Source of the DNA: an uncultured delta proteobacterium
GTDB taxonomy: Bacteria; Myxococcota_A; Polyangia; Polyangiales; Houyiibacteriaceae
Direction of reading: 5' to 3'
Assembly: GCA_963699755.1 (NCBI GenBank)
Contig: CAVOVB010000005.1
Coordinates: forward strand, 64,001 to 128,000
Length of the DNA stretch: 64,000 nt
Positions within the stretch are counted from its first letter, which is position 1, and each line of letters opens with the position of its first letter. Both the position numbers and the translations under genes were made by a program. The notes beneath the pieces were generated by a model. That model had not been told where the DNA came from, ran no database searches, and worked only from the letters and a program-made list of their open reading frames with translations. Positions 47,746-57,804 of the stretch are shown here, in pieces.

Positions 47746-50250
47746 CTAGAATTGATGCTCCGTTCTTCGAATGATTTCGTTTTGAAGAGCCGGCGTGAGG
47801 TCGACGAAGTAGGCGCTGTAACCCGCGACCCGCACCAGCAGGTTCCGGTACCTCTCGGGATCGGCTTGCGCCGCAAGCAGCGTGTCCCGATTGATGATGT
47901 TGAACTGAATGTGCCACATCTTCATGTCGCAAGCGGTGCGGATCAAGGCCATCAGCTTCCGAGTCCCCGCCTCTCCCACCAAGGACGCCGGCGAAAGCTT
48001 CATGTTGAGAAGCCGCGCGGCCCTCTCCTTGTACTGCGCGCATTTGGTGCTGCTGATCGACAGAAGCGTGGCGGTGGGCCCTTTCACGTCCACGCCCTGC
48101 GAGGGGCTGATGCTCTCCGAAAGCGGCTGCCTCGCCTTGCGCCCGTCCGGCGTCGCGCTGACCACCGCGCCGAGCGGCACGTGCGAAGTGACCGAAACAT
48201 AGCGCAGATCGAGCTCGCCCCCGAAGGCCGTCCGGTGATGCCGGGCGAGGTTCATGAAACAGGCCTCGATGTCACGGCCGATCTGATCGACCGCGGGATC
48301 GTTGTTGCCGTACTTGGGGGCATTGAGGCAGAGCTGGCGAATCGCCTCCTGCCCCTCGAAGTCCTTGTCGAGTGCTTCGAGGAGCTCGCCCATCGTGAGC
48401 TTGCCTTCTTCGAAGACGAGCGAGCGAATCGCAGCCAAGGAATCGATGACGGTGCCGAAGCCCATCACGTCGAAGAACCCGAGATAAAGGGCGCCTTCGA
48501 TCGGACCCGAGTGAATGTCTTTGCAGCTCGCCATGCAGAGGTCGTGCAACATCGAGAACATCGGCGAAGCGATGTGCTGTGACTTGAGGGTGTCGGACAC
48601 GTACTGCTGAATGAACGTGTGCTGAACGACGTTCTCGACTTGCAGCACGAAGGCATCCCAGAGCTCGTCGAACCCGGTGAACGTCCGCGGGTCGCCGGTG
48701 CGGATCCCGACCAGCCCGTCCCCGAAGCACGCGAGGCGCCCATCGCGGAGCGTCATTTCGAGAATCGCGCCGAGGTTGATCCAGGCGCAGCCGGTCGCCA
48801 CGCCTTCCCGGTTGAGCATCTTGGTTTCGGAGCAGCCTGTGACACAGTAGTCGTTGGCCTCTTCGATGGTGCCGCCCTTGGCGACCAGTAGGGGAATGAT
48901 TTCGTCGTCACAGAAGAGCTTGGGGAAGCCCGAGCCGTCTTTGATGGTTTCGGCAACGGCATGGAGAAAGGCGTTGGGCGTTCGGGCATGAATGCGCGCC
49001 GCGAGGTCCGGGTAGTGCAGTGGAAACTCCCGCTTTGATCGCAGAATCAGATACGAAAGCTCGTTGCTCGCGTCGCGACCGTCGGGCGTGAGGCCTCCGA
49101 TCGTCGTGGCCTCCCAGTGCGCGAAGCCATCGGTCAGCGAGGGCGTCCCGGGCTTCGCGTAGAGGTCCGCGCTCCTGGCCATGCCGATCCAGATCGACTC
49201 CAGCAAGACCAGCGCTTCGTCGTCGGTGAGCCGTCCCTCGTCGATGTCTTTGCGGAAGTAGGGATAGAGGTACTGGTCGATGCGGCCGTTGCCGACCACG
49301 CCGCCGATCGCCTGCTCGAGGCGCGAGACCGTTTGAATGAACCACTGGGACTGCACCGCTTCGCGGAAGCTCCGCGCAGGATGCTCGGGGACTCGTTCGC
49401 AAATGTCGGCGATGTCGAGGAGCTCGCGGCGACGCTCGTCCCGTGACTCTTCGGCAGCCATCGCACGAGCCAGCGCGGCGTACCGATGGGCAAACGCCAC
49501 CATCGCATCGCAAACCAAAAAAACCGCCTCGAGAAACGGCCGCTGCTCGACGTAGGCCGCCGTGTCGATCGGATCCAAGGCTTCGAGTCGCTGCCTGGCT
49601 TCTCGCCGAATCGAGCCAATGCCGCGCTCGAGCACCTTGCCGTAGTCGTGCGCCCAGGCGAGCATCGATCGACCGGCCGCGGTCGGCGTGACGACGAAGA
49701 TCCGCTCCATGAGGCGCCGCGTGTCTTCAGGGAGCGCGTTCATCGTCGCCTTGTGATAAGCGTTGCGCTCCCAGTACGGAAGAATCTCTTCCGTGAGCGC
49801 CGTGACATCGTCCTCGGTGATCGTGATGGGCTCACCGGGCTTGCTCGGCGCGAGCTCGTGCGGGTGCGTGTAGAAACGCCCCGGCCCCACGAGCTCACAA
49901 TAGACCACCGCATAGCGTCCCGGTGGCCCCGCACTGCCGACGAGAAGCTCTTCCTCTTCGATGTGGATTGGATGGTGTTCGAGGATGTGCGCCAAGGCTT
50001 TGCCCCAGCGGAGCACCATCGGCTGCCCCTCCGTCGCCTTCATCGACTCGGTCAAGAGGCGAGCGCGGTCGAGGTTGAGCTGAATCGGCGCGTCGCGAAA
50101 ACCCTCGAGCATTCGCTGAATACGTCCGCGTTTCGATTGCGCGGCATCGCCGACCAGGCCAATCGGCTCGCCGCGTTCGATGCGCGCCTCGTGTGGCGTC
50201 AGCACCCTCGACCCAGCAGCGCTTGGCGTGGATTCAATCGCTTCGAGCAT
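47746..50250 (-). CDS. Glycyl radical enzyme, IslA/HpsG (sulfonate lyase)-like clade, divergent
   Basis: GAAAGGAG RBS at ATG 50250; RVAGYS Gly loop; GCSE Cys loop; AHWEATTIGG..SKREFPLHYPDLAARIH, TSHVP. Confidence 0.9.
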   Translation of the reverse strand: MLEAIESTPSAAGSRVLTPHEARIERGEPIGLVGDAAQSKRGRIQRMLEGFRDAPIQLNLDRARLLTESMKATEGQPMVLRWGKALAHILEHHPIHIEEEELLVGSAGPPGRYAVVYCELVGPGRFYTHPHELAPSKPGEPITITEDDVTALTEEILPYWERNAYHKATMNALPEDTRRLMERIFVVTPTAAGRSMLAWAHDYGKVLERGIGSIRREARQRLEALDPIDTAAYVEQRPFLEAVFLVCDAMVAFAHRYAALARAMAAEESRDERRRELLDIADICERVPEHPARSFREAVQSQWFIQTVSRLEQAIGGVVGNGRIDQYLYPYFRKDIDEGRLTDDEALVLLESIWIGMARSADLYAKPGTPSLTDGFAHWEATTIGGLTPDGRDASNELSYLILRSKREFPLHYPDLAARIHARTPNAFLHAVAETIKDGSGFPKLFCDDEIIPLLVAKGGTIEEANDYCVTGCSETKMLNREGVATGCAWINLGAILEMTLRDGRLACFGDGLVGIRTGDPRTFTGFDELWDAFVLQVENVVQHTFIQQYVSDTLKSQHIASPMFSMLHDLCMASCKDIHSGPIEGALYLGFFDVMGFGTVIDSLAAIRSLVFEEGKLTMGELLEALDKDFEGQEAIRQLCLNAPKYGNNDPAVDQIGRDIEACFMNLARHHRTAFGGELDLRYVSVTSHVPLGAVVSATPDGRKARQPLSESISPSQGVDVKGPTATLLSISSTKCAQYKERAARLLNMKLSPASLVGEAGTRKLMALIRTACDMKMWHIQFNIINRDTLLAAQADPERYRNLLVRVAGYSAYFVDLTPALQNEIIRRTEHQF

Positions 50251-50340
50251 GGGCCGACTCCTTTCGACGCGCGGTCGCTGAGTGTAAGGCGAACGTACGA
50301 GCCAGCTCCAATGCGGGCAATGGCGGAGGCTGACCCGTCG

Positions 50341-51114
50341 ATGTACGATATTGACATCATGCGTGTGAGCTCGTGCATCTTGGTCCCCCGTACACTCCGG
50401 ATTTTCGAACCGCACGTCCATGGCGGCTATGAGGTTCACTACCTGCTTTCGGGGCGCGGCGCCTTCGACCTCGGCGCGGAGACCATCTCCGTCAGACAGG
50501 GTGACTTCTTCTACACCCGCCCTGGCACGATGCACCGAATGGTGATCCCCGACGGGGAGTATCTCCTGCAATACATCGCGATCCTCGAGCTCGACCCCGC
50601 TCACGACGCAAAGCTTGCGGAGGACCTGGAGGCGATCCTCGGCGAAGGTCGGATCCGGCGAGTAGGCGACCGTTACCACGCGCTCTTCGCGCAGATGAGC
50701 CGCCAGGCCTTGTCGATCGATCCCCGCCAACGACGTGCTGCATCCGCCAGGATGGCGGGTTTCCTCTACGACTTGATGGTCGACACGCCGAGCACGAGCG
50801 GAAGTCACCCCGCAGTCGAGCAGGCTCTGGAGTTCATGCGCTCACACGTCGGCGTCGCGTACAAGCTCGATGATCTCTTGGCCGAGGTCGGGCTCGAGAA
50901 GTCTTATTTCATCCGGCTCTTCAAAAAGAACGTGGGTGTCCCGCCGATGAAGTACGCGATGAACCTGAAGATGAGTGCCGCCTCCGACCTGCTTCGCAGC
51001 ACCCGCAACCCCCTTGCCGCAGTTGCCGCGCGCGTCGGCTTCGACGACGAATACCACTTCGCCAAGCGCTTCAAACAATGGAGCGGCACCGCCCCGGGCG
51101 CGCATCGAGGTTGA
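50341..51114 (+). CDS. AraC-family regulator with cupin sensor domain (start 50341 or 50359)
   Basis: PHVHGGYEVHY..GDFFYTRPGTMH; SYFIRLFKK..VGFDDEYHFAKRFK; divergent from the GRE. Confidence 0.9.
   Translation: MYDIDIMRVSSCILVPRTLRIFEPHVHGGYEVHYLLSGRGAFDLGAETISVRQGDFFYTRPGTMHRMVIPDGEYLLQYIAILELDPAHDAKLAEDLEAILGEGRIRRVGDRYHALFAQMSRQALSIDPRQRRAASARMAGFLYDLMVDTPSTSGSHPAVEQALEFMRSHVGVAYKLDDLLAEVGLEKSYFIRLFKKNVGVPPMKYAMNLKMSAASDLLRSTRNPLAAVAARVGFDDEYHFAKRFKQWSGTAPGAHRG
51052..51107 (+). repeat. 56-bp direct repeat, copy 1 (araC 3' end)
   Basis: 49/56 identical to 52236-52291. Confidence 0.85.
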
Positions 51115-51138
51115 GCAGCGAACAGCGCTCTCTCGAGG

Positions 51139-51699
51139 TCAAGCCTTTGCGTCTTTCGATGATCGCTGCTGAGTCGCGGCTTCGATCAACTCGAGCGCCA
51201 TGCGAACTACCTCCGTATCCGAGCGTGCGGGAAGACTGGCACGAAGCCTCGCGAGCCGCAGCACATCGTCGTGCTGAAATCGAAAGCTCTTCAGCACCGA
51301 GGGAGACCGACCTTTGCGGCCGACCTGGGTCACCCATGGAAGATATTGCTCGGGCGGAATCCCGCGAAAGCTCGGTGCCGTCTTGCCATGTCGGATGGCG
51401 TGGATGACTTCAGCCACGTCCTCGGGAAGCTCTTTCGGCAACCGCAATAGCCTCGGCTTCTTCACCAGCACGGCCGGAAGAAGCTCCATGATCCGTGGCT
51501 CCACCGTGCCGGCCCACAATGCGTCGTCGAGGGATACGGGCTGTCGACGCCGAACGATTCCTTCAATGTTGGTTTCGAGGAGGCCATCCTCTACGAACCG
51601 ACCCATCACCCTTTGGAAGCGCGGATCTCGATGCTTGCGGCGTAGCGCTCGAAGCCGCATCCGCGCGCGTGCTTGTAGGTCGCTTTGAATGTGGGTCAT
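51139..51699 (-). CDS. Hypothetical protein with possible C-terminal ribbon-helix-helix; partner of the DUF6036-like gene
   Basis: ATGA overlap; EPRIMELLPAVL; KSFRF..SDTEVVRMAL. Confidence 0.7.
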   Translation of the reverse strand: MTHIQSDLQARARMRLRALRRKHRDPRFQRVMGRFVEDGLLETNIEGIVRRRQPVSLDDALWAGTVEPRIMELLPAVLVKKPRLLRLPKELPEDVAEVIHAIRHGKTAPSFRGIPPEQYLPWVTQVGRKGRSPSVLKSFRFQHDDVLRLARLRASLPARSDTEVVRMALELIEAATQQRSSKDAKA

Positions 51700-52178
51700 G
51701 CGAACTGCTCCAGGTCGACACGGTACTTCCGCGCAAGATCGAAGAACCGCTCGCTCGCACCTTTCGCCAAGTACTCGGTGATCAACGCGTCGTTCTTCTG
51801 AGCCGCTTTCAGCGCCTTCGAGATCAATACGGCATCGGGGTCGGCCACGAGAGCCTCCACGTATCTGCCCTCGTAGAGCGGCTCGTATCGGGTCTCGACT
51901 GGCATCCAAACCTCGCGCCCGTGAGGATCGAGAACCTTGCCATTCTCGGCGAGCAAGCGCTCGAGCTCTTGCTGAACGGGCCACTCGTAGTCCGCGTACA
52001 CGTCGAGGTCCTGCGTAACGGTCAAAGCGAGGTCGAGCTGAGCAACCCAGAGCGCCGCCTGACCGAGCACGCGAACCGTGCAGCTCGGGTAACTGCGCGC
52101 CCCCTCGGCCCGAGCCCGGATGTTCTCACGCGCAACCCATTGGTCTAGCGCCTGAAAGATCTGGGCCCAATTGTACAT
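51696..52178 (-). CDS. DUF6036-like nucleotidyltransferase
   Basis: VLGQAAL..TQDLDV (G-x-A..DxD), LISKALKA..ND. Confidence 0.7.
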   Translation of the reverse strand: MYNWAQIFQALDQWVARENIRARAEGARSYPSCTVRVLGQAALWVAQLDLALTVTQDLDVYADYEWPVQQELERLLAENGKVLDPHGREVWMPVETRYEPLYEGRYVEALVADPDAVLISKALKAAQKNDALITEYLAKGASERFFDLARKYRVDLEQFA

Positions 52179-52212
52179 ATCTTATTTATATATTGTATAT
52201 ACACTTTGTCAA
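52179..52212 (-). promoter_or_regulatory. AT-rich, probably leaderless sigma70 promoter with palindromic operator
   Basis: TTGACA-16nt-TATAAA, 6 nt before the ATG; TGTATATACA palindrome in the spacer. Confidence 0.6.
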
Positions 52213-52235
52213 CGTCCCTTGGCCGTGAGGAGGGG

Positions 52236-52291
52236 TACCACTTCGCGAAACGCTTCCAGCAGTGGTGCGGCACCGCACCGGGCGCGCATCG
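52236..52291 (+). repeat. 56-bp direct repeat, copy 2 (orphan araC 3' end)
   Basis: Encodes YHFAKRFQQWCGTAPGAHR versus YHFAKRFKQWSGTAPGAHR. Confidence 0.85.
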
Positions 52292-52686
52292 GCGCGGGCC
52301 GCATTCGTCGACTCTCGCGCGTTTCGGCGTGCCTACTGAGAGGCGCTCGAGCAGTGGCGTGCTGGGCTACGGAGCGTCGTGTTTCCGCAGGGCACCTGGT
52401 GCATGTGCCGGGTGCACGGCGCGGTGGCCGAAACGTAGGGCGTCCGCTCAATTGGGACTAGCTTGCGCGTCGTCTCGTGCGACGGCTGACAGATGGGTGC
52501 GTTCTGAGTGTGCTTGTGCGACCAGACTCCGAGGCTCGGGCCTTTGGTTGTGCCTTCGCTAGGAGCGGTTGCCGGCGCCTGCACCTCTGCTTGGAGATCG
52601 ACCTCCGGATCAAGCCGCGCTCCGAGCCCTGACCTCCTGTGCTCTCGCGTAGCTCAACTTCGGTGAGGTTGTTAGGCTGTTGGCAG

Positions 52687-53136
52687 CTAAGAACGCAGCC
52701 CGGGGACAACGGGTGACGCGGCGTGCGAGGTGGTTTCGCGCGCAGGCAGCAAGCTCATGCAGCGCACGCGCTGCACGGCTTTTCGCTCTTTGGCGCGGTG
52801 CAAATAGATCGCAGAGGTGACGACGCCGGCAATCGATACGCCCATCAGGATCGAGCCGCTTGCGATCAGGCCTTTTTGGCCTGCGGTCCGTTGCCCATCA
52901 AGATCGAATACACCCGATGCCATGAGCATCGAGCCCCCGATAAATCCTAGCGCGGACACGCTGACTCCGATTGCGGTGGGATAGGTGCGCACCTTGCTAT
53001 CGCAGTGTGTGGGTTGCTGCGCCACGTACTGCACGGCGGCGTGCTCGGGGGTGATGTCTTGTGCCCATGCGGGCAGTGGTGCGCTCAGCGTCGCACAAAG
53101 GAGGGCGAAAAACGCGGGTCGGTTGCGGATTGTCAT
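52687..53136 (-). CDS. Secreted/membrane hypothetical protein
   Basis: GAAAGGA RBS, signal peptide ..PAWA, two C-terminal TM segments. Confidence 0.65.
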   Translation of the reverse strand: MTIRNRPAFFALLCATLSAPLPAWAQDITPEHAAVQYVAQQPTHCDSKVRTYPTAIGVSVSALGFIGGSMLMASGVFDLDGQRTAGQKGLIASGSILMGVSIAGVVTSAIYLHRAKERKAVQRVRCMSLLPARETTSHAASPVVPGLRS

Positions 53137-53756
53137 GTGGGTCAGTCCTTTCATTACCAAGGCCATTTGGGCAGGGTGATTGTGGGTGGGCTCCCTGGCT
53201 CGTAGGGATCGCCGTTGTAGATAACGTCGTCGATGGGGCCCATTTGCGGTACCCCATCGCGGCACAGCCCAAAGAGATTCGCAGCCGGATACAGGGGGGT
53301 CGTCCTTGTCCTCGGCGATGACCACGGTCAGGCCGAGCGCCGACAAAAACGCATCTTTGTAGGTGAGCGGGATCTCGGCGGTTTGCTTACGGATCATCGT
53401 GCGAAAGCTCCGATCGATGCTTTCGGCCACGATCGAGTTGATGGTCGATTTTATCGTTCCGCGCTGGTCGTTACAGATGAAGTTGATGGCGCGCCACGGG
53501 TCCATCGAGGTGAGCGCTTCGTCGTGGCGAAACACGAGTTGCCCCGCGGGCACCGTCTCGAAGCCAGGCTCTTGGCCCGGTGCGACATCGGGTGTCCAGG
53601 TATCCCCTCCATCGCCCAAATGGTGCACCTCTGACCTCCGAGACTGCCCCAGGCGACTATGAATTTGGATGAAGTTTTATGAATTAAGATGAAGACCTGC
53701 GGTCGGTGCTAGGCGCGCGGTGCGTGGATCGATATGCTCGGCCGCAGGACGAATCG

Positions 53757-54455
53757 ATGCGCTGTACGGTTGGCCTCGTTGAAGATGACGATGTGATTCG
53801 CGAGAACTACGCGGACTTTCTTCGCTCCCGCGGTTTTGGGGTTCAGGCGTTCGGCGATCGTGCAAGCGCACTCGATTCGTTTCGCCTCGACATGCCCGAT
53901 GTTGCGGTCCTCGACGTGGCGCTTGGCGAAGAGCGCGATGGTGGGCTTCTGCTCTGCTCGGACATTCGGCGCTTTTCGCAGACGCTGCCGGTGATCTTCT
54001 TGACCTGCCACGACAACGAAGTGGACCGGATTACAGGGCTGCGAGTCGGGGGCGACGACTATCTGTCCAAAGAGAGCAGCTTCGAGTTCTTGGCGGTGCG
54101 CATCGAGACCCTGCTCGAACGGCGAGAGGCGGTCTTGAGGGGCGATGCCAACGACGGACCATCCACCCAACTCATCGTCGGGGATCTCACGATCGACCTG
54201 CAGAAGGCCGCGGTGACTTGGAGGGGGATCCCGGTGCAGCTCTCGCTCACGCAGTACTGGATGGTGCTGGCGCTCGCCTCGGCACAACCGAAGCCCAAGA
54301 GCGCGGGGGAGCTCATGGAAACTGCGAAGATCAGCGTGGCCTCGAATACGGTGGCGGTACACATCCGGGCCGTTCGCGGGCGCTTCATGGCGGTGGACCC
54401 TGAATTCGACGCGATTCGGACCGAGCGGGGACACGGATATCGCTGGGTGCTGTGA
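53757..54455 (+). CDS. OmpR-family response regulator, PdsR-like
   Basis: VEDDDVIRENYAD..LDVALGEERDGG..GGDDYLSK..YWMV..HIRAVRGRF..DPEFDAIRTERGHGYRW. Confidence 0.85.
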   Translation: MRCTVGLVEDDDVIRENYADFLRSRGFGVQAFGDRASALDSFRLDMPDVAVLDVALGEERDGGLLLCSDIRRFSQTLPVIFLTCHDNEVDRITGLRVGGDDYLSKESSFEFLAVRIETLLERREAVLRGDANDGPSTQLIVGDLTIDLQKAAVTWRGIPVQLSLTQYWMVLALASAQPKPKSAGELMETAKISVASNTVAVHIRAVRGRFMAVDPEFDAIRTERGHGYRWVL

Positions 54456-54613
54456 GGCGGGTCACACCCCGCTCGCCGCGAAAAGCGATACGCTCGGCGT
54501 CGAAAAAAATTACGCAACCGCCGCACCGAATCGTCGATAACCGGTTCATCGAGATGTTATCAGCCCTGCAAACAGATCCGAGCTGCGTCCAGCGCGCGTT
54601 CCCTCCGCGTTCG

Positions 54614-56020
54614 ATGAGAGCGCTGGCTTGGACTGGGCTGCTCGCTCTCTCGAGCTGCGGTGGAATCAGCTGCCCCGAACCGTTGAGCGACGTCGATGGG
54701 ACCTGTCTGAAGCTCGACCCTGTCGCCGAGCCAGACCCTGTCGCCGAGCTGGATCCTGTCGCCGAGGTCGAAACCTGCGACGGCGTTGACAACGACGGAG
54801 ACCGTGAGGTCGATGAAGATTGGCCGGAGCTCGGCGCGCCCTGCGGCGAAGGCGCAGGGATGGGCGAGTGCGTCGGAGGCACATGGCATTGCGCCCGCGA
54901 TGGCAAGGGCGTCATCTGTGACGGCGCGGTCGGTCCGGTCCCGGAGCTCTGCGACGGGAAGGACAACGACTGCGACGGCCTGGTCGACGAAGGCGTCTTG
55001 TCGACCAAGGGTGAGTTGTTTGCCGACCTTGCCACCGTCGCGGCGGTCAATGGCGGGTTCGCGGTCACCCACCTCGTTGGCAACAGAATTCAGGTCGAGA
55101 CCTACGACACGAACGGTGAATCGACCGGCAGCGTCGACCAGGTCGATAGCCCATCGGACGATCCCGCGTTTCTGGTCTCCGATAGCGACTCTGGTCGCGT
55201 GCTCGCGGCATTCGGGCGGTACTCGTTCTACGTACTCGACGTGCGCGCCAACTCGGCGCTGGTCCCAAACATCCTGATGGCGCAAACCCTCCATGAAGAT
55301 TGGAACCAGCCGAGACCAATCGGCGGATATCCTGCCTGGGCTGCGGTGGCTCCTCCGATCCATCCGCGCGTCACGGCCTCCCCCCCGCGGTTCGTCGGGT
55401 ATCGCGACCTGCTCTCGTTTGCGGTGCGCCCCTTTGCCGAAGATCACCTCCAAGGGCTTGCGCAACCGTCGTCGCTGGCCTCGGAGATCCCGCCCGTGGT
55501 GCCCTTCGACACTGCGGGCTCGTTCCTGGTCTGGGCGCAGGGAGGCAACATCCGGGCCGGGTCGCTCGCCAACGACGGCCGGGTGGCACTCGATATCGAC
55601 GTCGACCGGGGCGGCTCTCCAAGCGCGGTCATGCGAGACGGCGGCCCGACGCTGGCATACGTGCGAGACGGTGAAGTCCGGTTTAGCGAGCTCGACGGAC
55701 TGACCTTGCAGTGTCGGAAAGAAAGCGACTGCCCCACGGCGATCGACGTCGGCGAGCTGCCCGACGACCCGAACATTCCCACCGGGCTTGCCTATGATGA
55801 TGCACGGGGTGCCTGGTGGGTGATGGCAGGCACCCAGCTCGCGGTCGTCGGCCGCAGCGAAGAGGGCCCGGTCGTCCAGCAACGAGAGACACTCGATTCA
55901 CTGGAGTATACGCCTAGACGGCTGGACGTGGTGGTCAGCGGGGGCGCTGCAGCGGTCGTGCAAGTAGGAGGCCAGGCCGACACGGTTCAATCCGCCTTAA
56001 CGTTCCTGGGGTGCTTCTAG
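54614..56020 (+). CDS. Lipoprotein with MopE-like Cys/Asp repeats
   Basis: Lipobox LSSC; ETCDGVDNDGD, ELCDGKDNDCDGLVDEG. Confidence 0.75.
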   Translation: MRALAWTGLLALSSCGGISCPEPLSDVDGTCLKLDPVAEPDPVAELDPVAEVETCDGVDNDGDREVDEDWPELGAPCGEGAGMGECVGGTWHCARDGKGVICDGAVGPVPELCDGKDNDCDGLVDEGVLSTKGELFADLATVAAVNGGFAVTHLVGNRIQVETYDTNGESTGSVDQVDSPSDDPAFLVSDSDSGRVLAAFGRYSFYVLDVRANSALVPNILMAQTLHEDWNQPRPIGGYPAWAAVAPPIHPRVTASPPRFVGYRDLLSFAVRPFAEDHLQGLAQPSSLASEIPPVVPFDTAGSFLVWAQGGNIRAGSLANDGRVALDIDVDRGGSPSAVMRDGGPTLAYVRDGEVRFSELDGLTLQCRKESDCPTAIDVGELPDDPNIPTGLAYDDARGAWWVMAGTQLAVVGRSEEGPVVQQRETLDSLEYTPRRLDVVVSGGAAAVVQVGGQADTVQSALTFLGCF

Positions 56021-56028
56021 GGAGCTGC

Positions 56029-57804
56029 ATGCGCTGGCTCGTTTGCGTCTTTGCTACGGTGCTCGCCGCGTTCGCAACCGTCTCGGCACAGGCCGAGGGC
56101 AGTCTCGACAGCGCTTCGTCCGAGGAGCTTCGTTGGCTGGTGGTGCCGGCATTGGGCGGTTCATCTCACCAAGCTGATGAGGGCATGCGTGTCGAACGGC
56201 TTCACACGACTGCCGAAGCACTGCGTCAGGAGCTCGCCGTCCGGGGGCATGCCGTTTGGCGTGCGGACCGCGCGTCCGAGCGCTTCGAAGTCGTGGGCTC
56301 GACGCCTGCTCCGACGATCAGCCAAAGCGATATCGATCTCTGGGTCGAGCGTTCGCGGGCGGCGGTGCGGTACCTGGCGCGCGCGGATTACAGGGCCGCC
56401 CGGCGCGAGCTCAAGGCAGCGCAGCGCTTGGCTGATCGGGCGGCGGCCGAGCTCAACCGGGAGGCGGCGCGGGCGCAGCAGGTCCTCGACACCTGCCTCT
56501 TCATGGTGCGCGCCTATGTCGAGACCAAGAACGACGCCGAAGCGCGAAAGCAGGCCCGCGAGTGCCGGCGTTTGGTCCCGCGCGTGGAGCCGAGCGCGTT
56601 CCGGCACACGCCAGAGGTTCGCGAGCTCTTGGTCGAGGTCGACCAGGAGATGGCCTCTGAGGCGCCGGGAACCTTGGACGTGCGGAGCACACCGCCCGGT
56701 TGCCTCGTCCGAATCAACGGCGTGGAGTTCGGACGCACGCCCCTCTTAGACATCGAGCTGCCGGTCGGCACCTATCGCCTGCAGGTCGAATGCGAGGACG
56801 ACGAACGAGGGCGCATTCATCGCGTCGAGGTGTCGAGCGGCCGGAATCTGTTCGAGCTGGATGCGGCACTCGAACGCGCCGTGCACACGCGGCCCGTGCT
56901 TCACCTCGATTACGCCTCGCCCGAGGCTTGGTCGCAACGGATGGCGCAGGCGCGCCAAGTGGGGAACATCCTTGGCCGCGCGAACGTGCTGGTGCTCAGC
57001 GGTCTCAGCGCAAGCGTGGTGCGTATCGACCTGAGCGCGGATGGGTACGAGCCTGCATCGGCCTGGTTGGCCGTGCGTGAGGGCGTGCCGGAGACGGAAG
57101 ATCTGCGGCGCGTCAGCGATGCCCTCTTCGAAGGCCGGTCGGTGGACTTCACGGGGCCGCATCCGATCGCCCGTCCAAGCTGGGCCGCAGACCTGGCGCC
57201 GGATCTCGCAGTCGGTATCTCTGCTGCAGCGCTGGTCGACGAGCCGGCCACGACCGAGCGCGGGGTGCCGCGGCCGCGTGATCAACGCGTTGCGGGCTGG
57301 TCGCTCTTCGGTCTCGGCGTGGCGAGCATCGGCGCGAGCGTCGGACTGCACATCTGGCGGGGCGAGCTCGGCGACCGTTTCATCGAGTCGTCCGCCAACC
57401 TCCACCCGGCCGAGCGATGGCACAACGCGCGCATCGGGGTCTGGACGACAGCGGCCTTCGGTGGCGCGGCTACCAGCGCAGCCATGCCGCTTCTCCTGCC
57501 CGACTACGAGCGAGCACCCTGGTGGGGCTGGACCCTTGGCGCGCTGGGCCTCGGGCTCACGGGCTACGCGATCTACGAAGGCGTTACGATGACGGCGTGC
57601 CCCGAGCCTTACATCGCCAACGAGTCAGCCGTCCGTGCCTGCGTGGAACGCGGCCAAGAGGCGGGGCGCCTGTCCTTGGTGTTGGCCGGAGCGGCGCCGC
57701 TCCTTTCGATTCCGCTGGTCTACCTGTTTCGCCCGCTCCGGGCAGAGCCTTCCGTTTCGGCGACTGCGGAGGGGGCCATGGTGCGGGTGCGCAAGGTGTT
57801 TTGA
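56029..57804 (+). CDS. PEGA-domain secreted protein
   Basis: GTLDVRSTPPGCLVRINGVEFGRTPL..LPVGTYRL; C-terminal hydrophobic helices. Confidence 0.8.
   Translation: MRWLVCVFATVLAAFATVSAQAEGSLDSASSEELRWLVVPALGGSSHQADEGMRVERLHTTAEALRQELAVRGHAVWRADRASERFEVVGSTPAPTISQSDIDLWVERSRAAVRYLARADYRAARRELKAAQRLADRAAAELNREAARAQQVLDTCLFMVRAYVETKNDAEARKQARECRRLVPRVEPSAFRHTPEVRELLVEVDQEMASEAPGTLDVRSTPPGCLVRINGVEFGRTPLLDIELPVGTYRLQVECEDDERGRIHRVEVSSGRNLFELDAALERAVHTRPVLHLDYASPEAWSQRMAQARQVGNILGRANVLVLSGLSASVVRIDLSADGYEPASAWLAVREGVPETEDLRRVSDALFEGRSVDFTGPHPIARPSWAADLAPDLAVGISAAALVDEPATTERGVPRPRDQRVAGWSLFGLGVASIGASVGLHIWRGELGDRFIESSANLHPAERWHNARIGVWTTAAFGGAATSAAMPLLLPDYERAPWWGWTLGALGLGLTGYAIYEGVTMTACPEPYIANESAVRACVERGQEAGRLSLVLAGAAPLLSIPLVYLFRPLRAEPSVSATAEGAMVRVRKVF

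Noticed and set aside
50251..50808. 1020-aa version of the GRE and 542-aa version of AraC
   Set aside because: The extensions overlap each other; the RBS and typical family sizes support starts at 50250 and ~50341
52600..52690. GCCTAAC after a stop codon suggesting an integron attC
   Set aside because: No matching GTTRRRY partner or L-box hairpin, and no integron integrase
53137..53628. Upstream part of the 313-aa ORF 52687-53628
   Set aside because: An internal RBS and signal peptide at 53136 indicate a separate gene; the upstream part is probably an unassignable fragment
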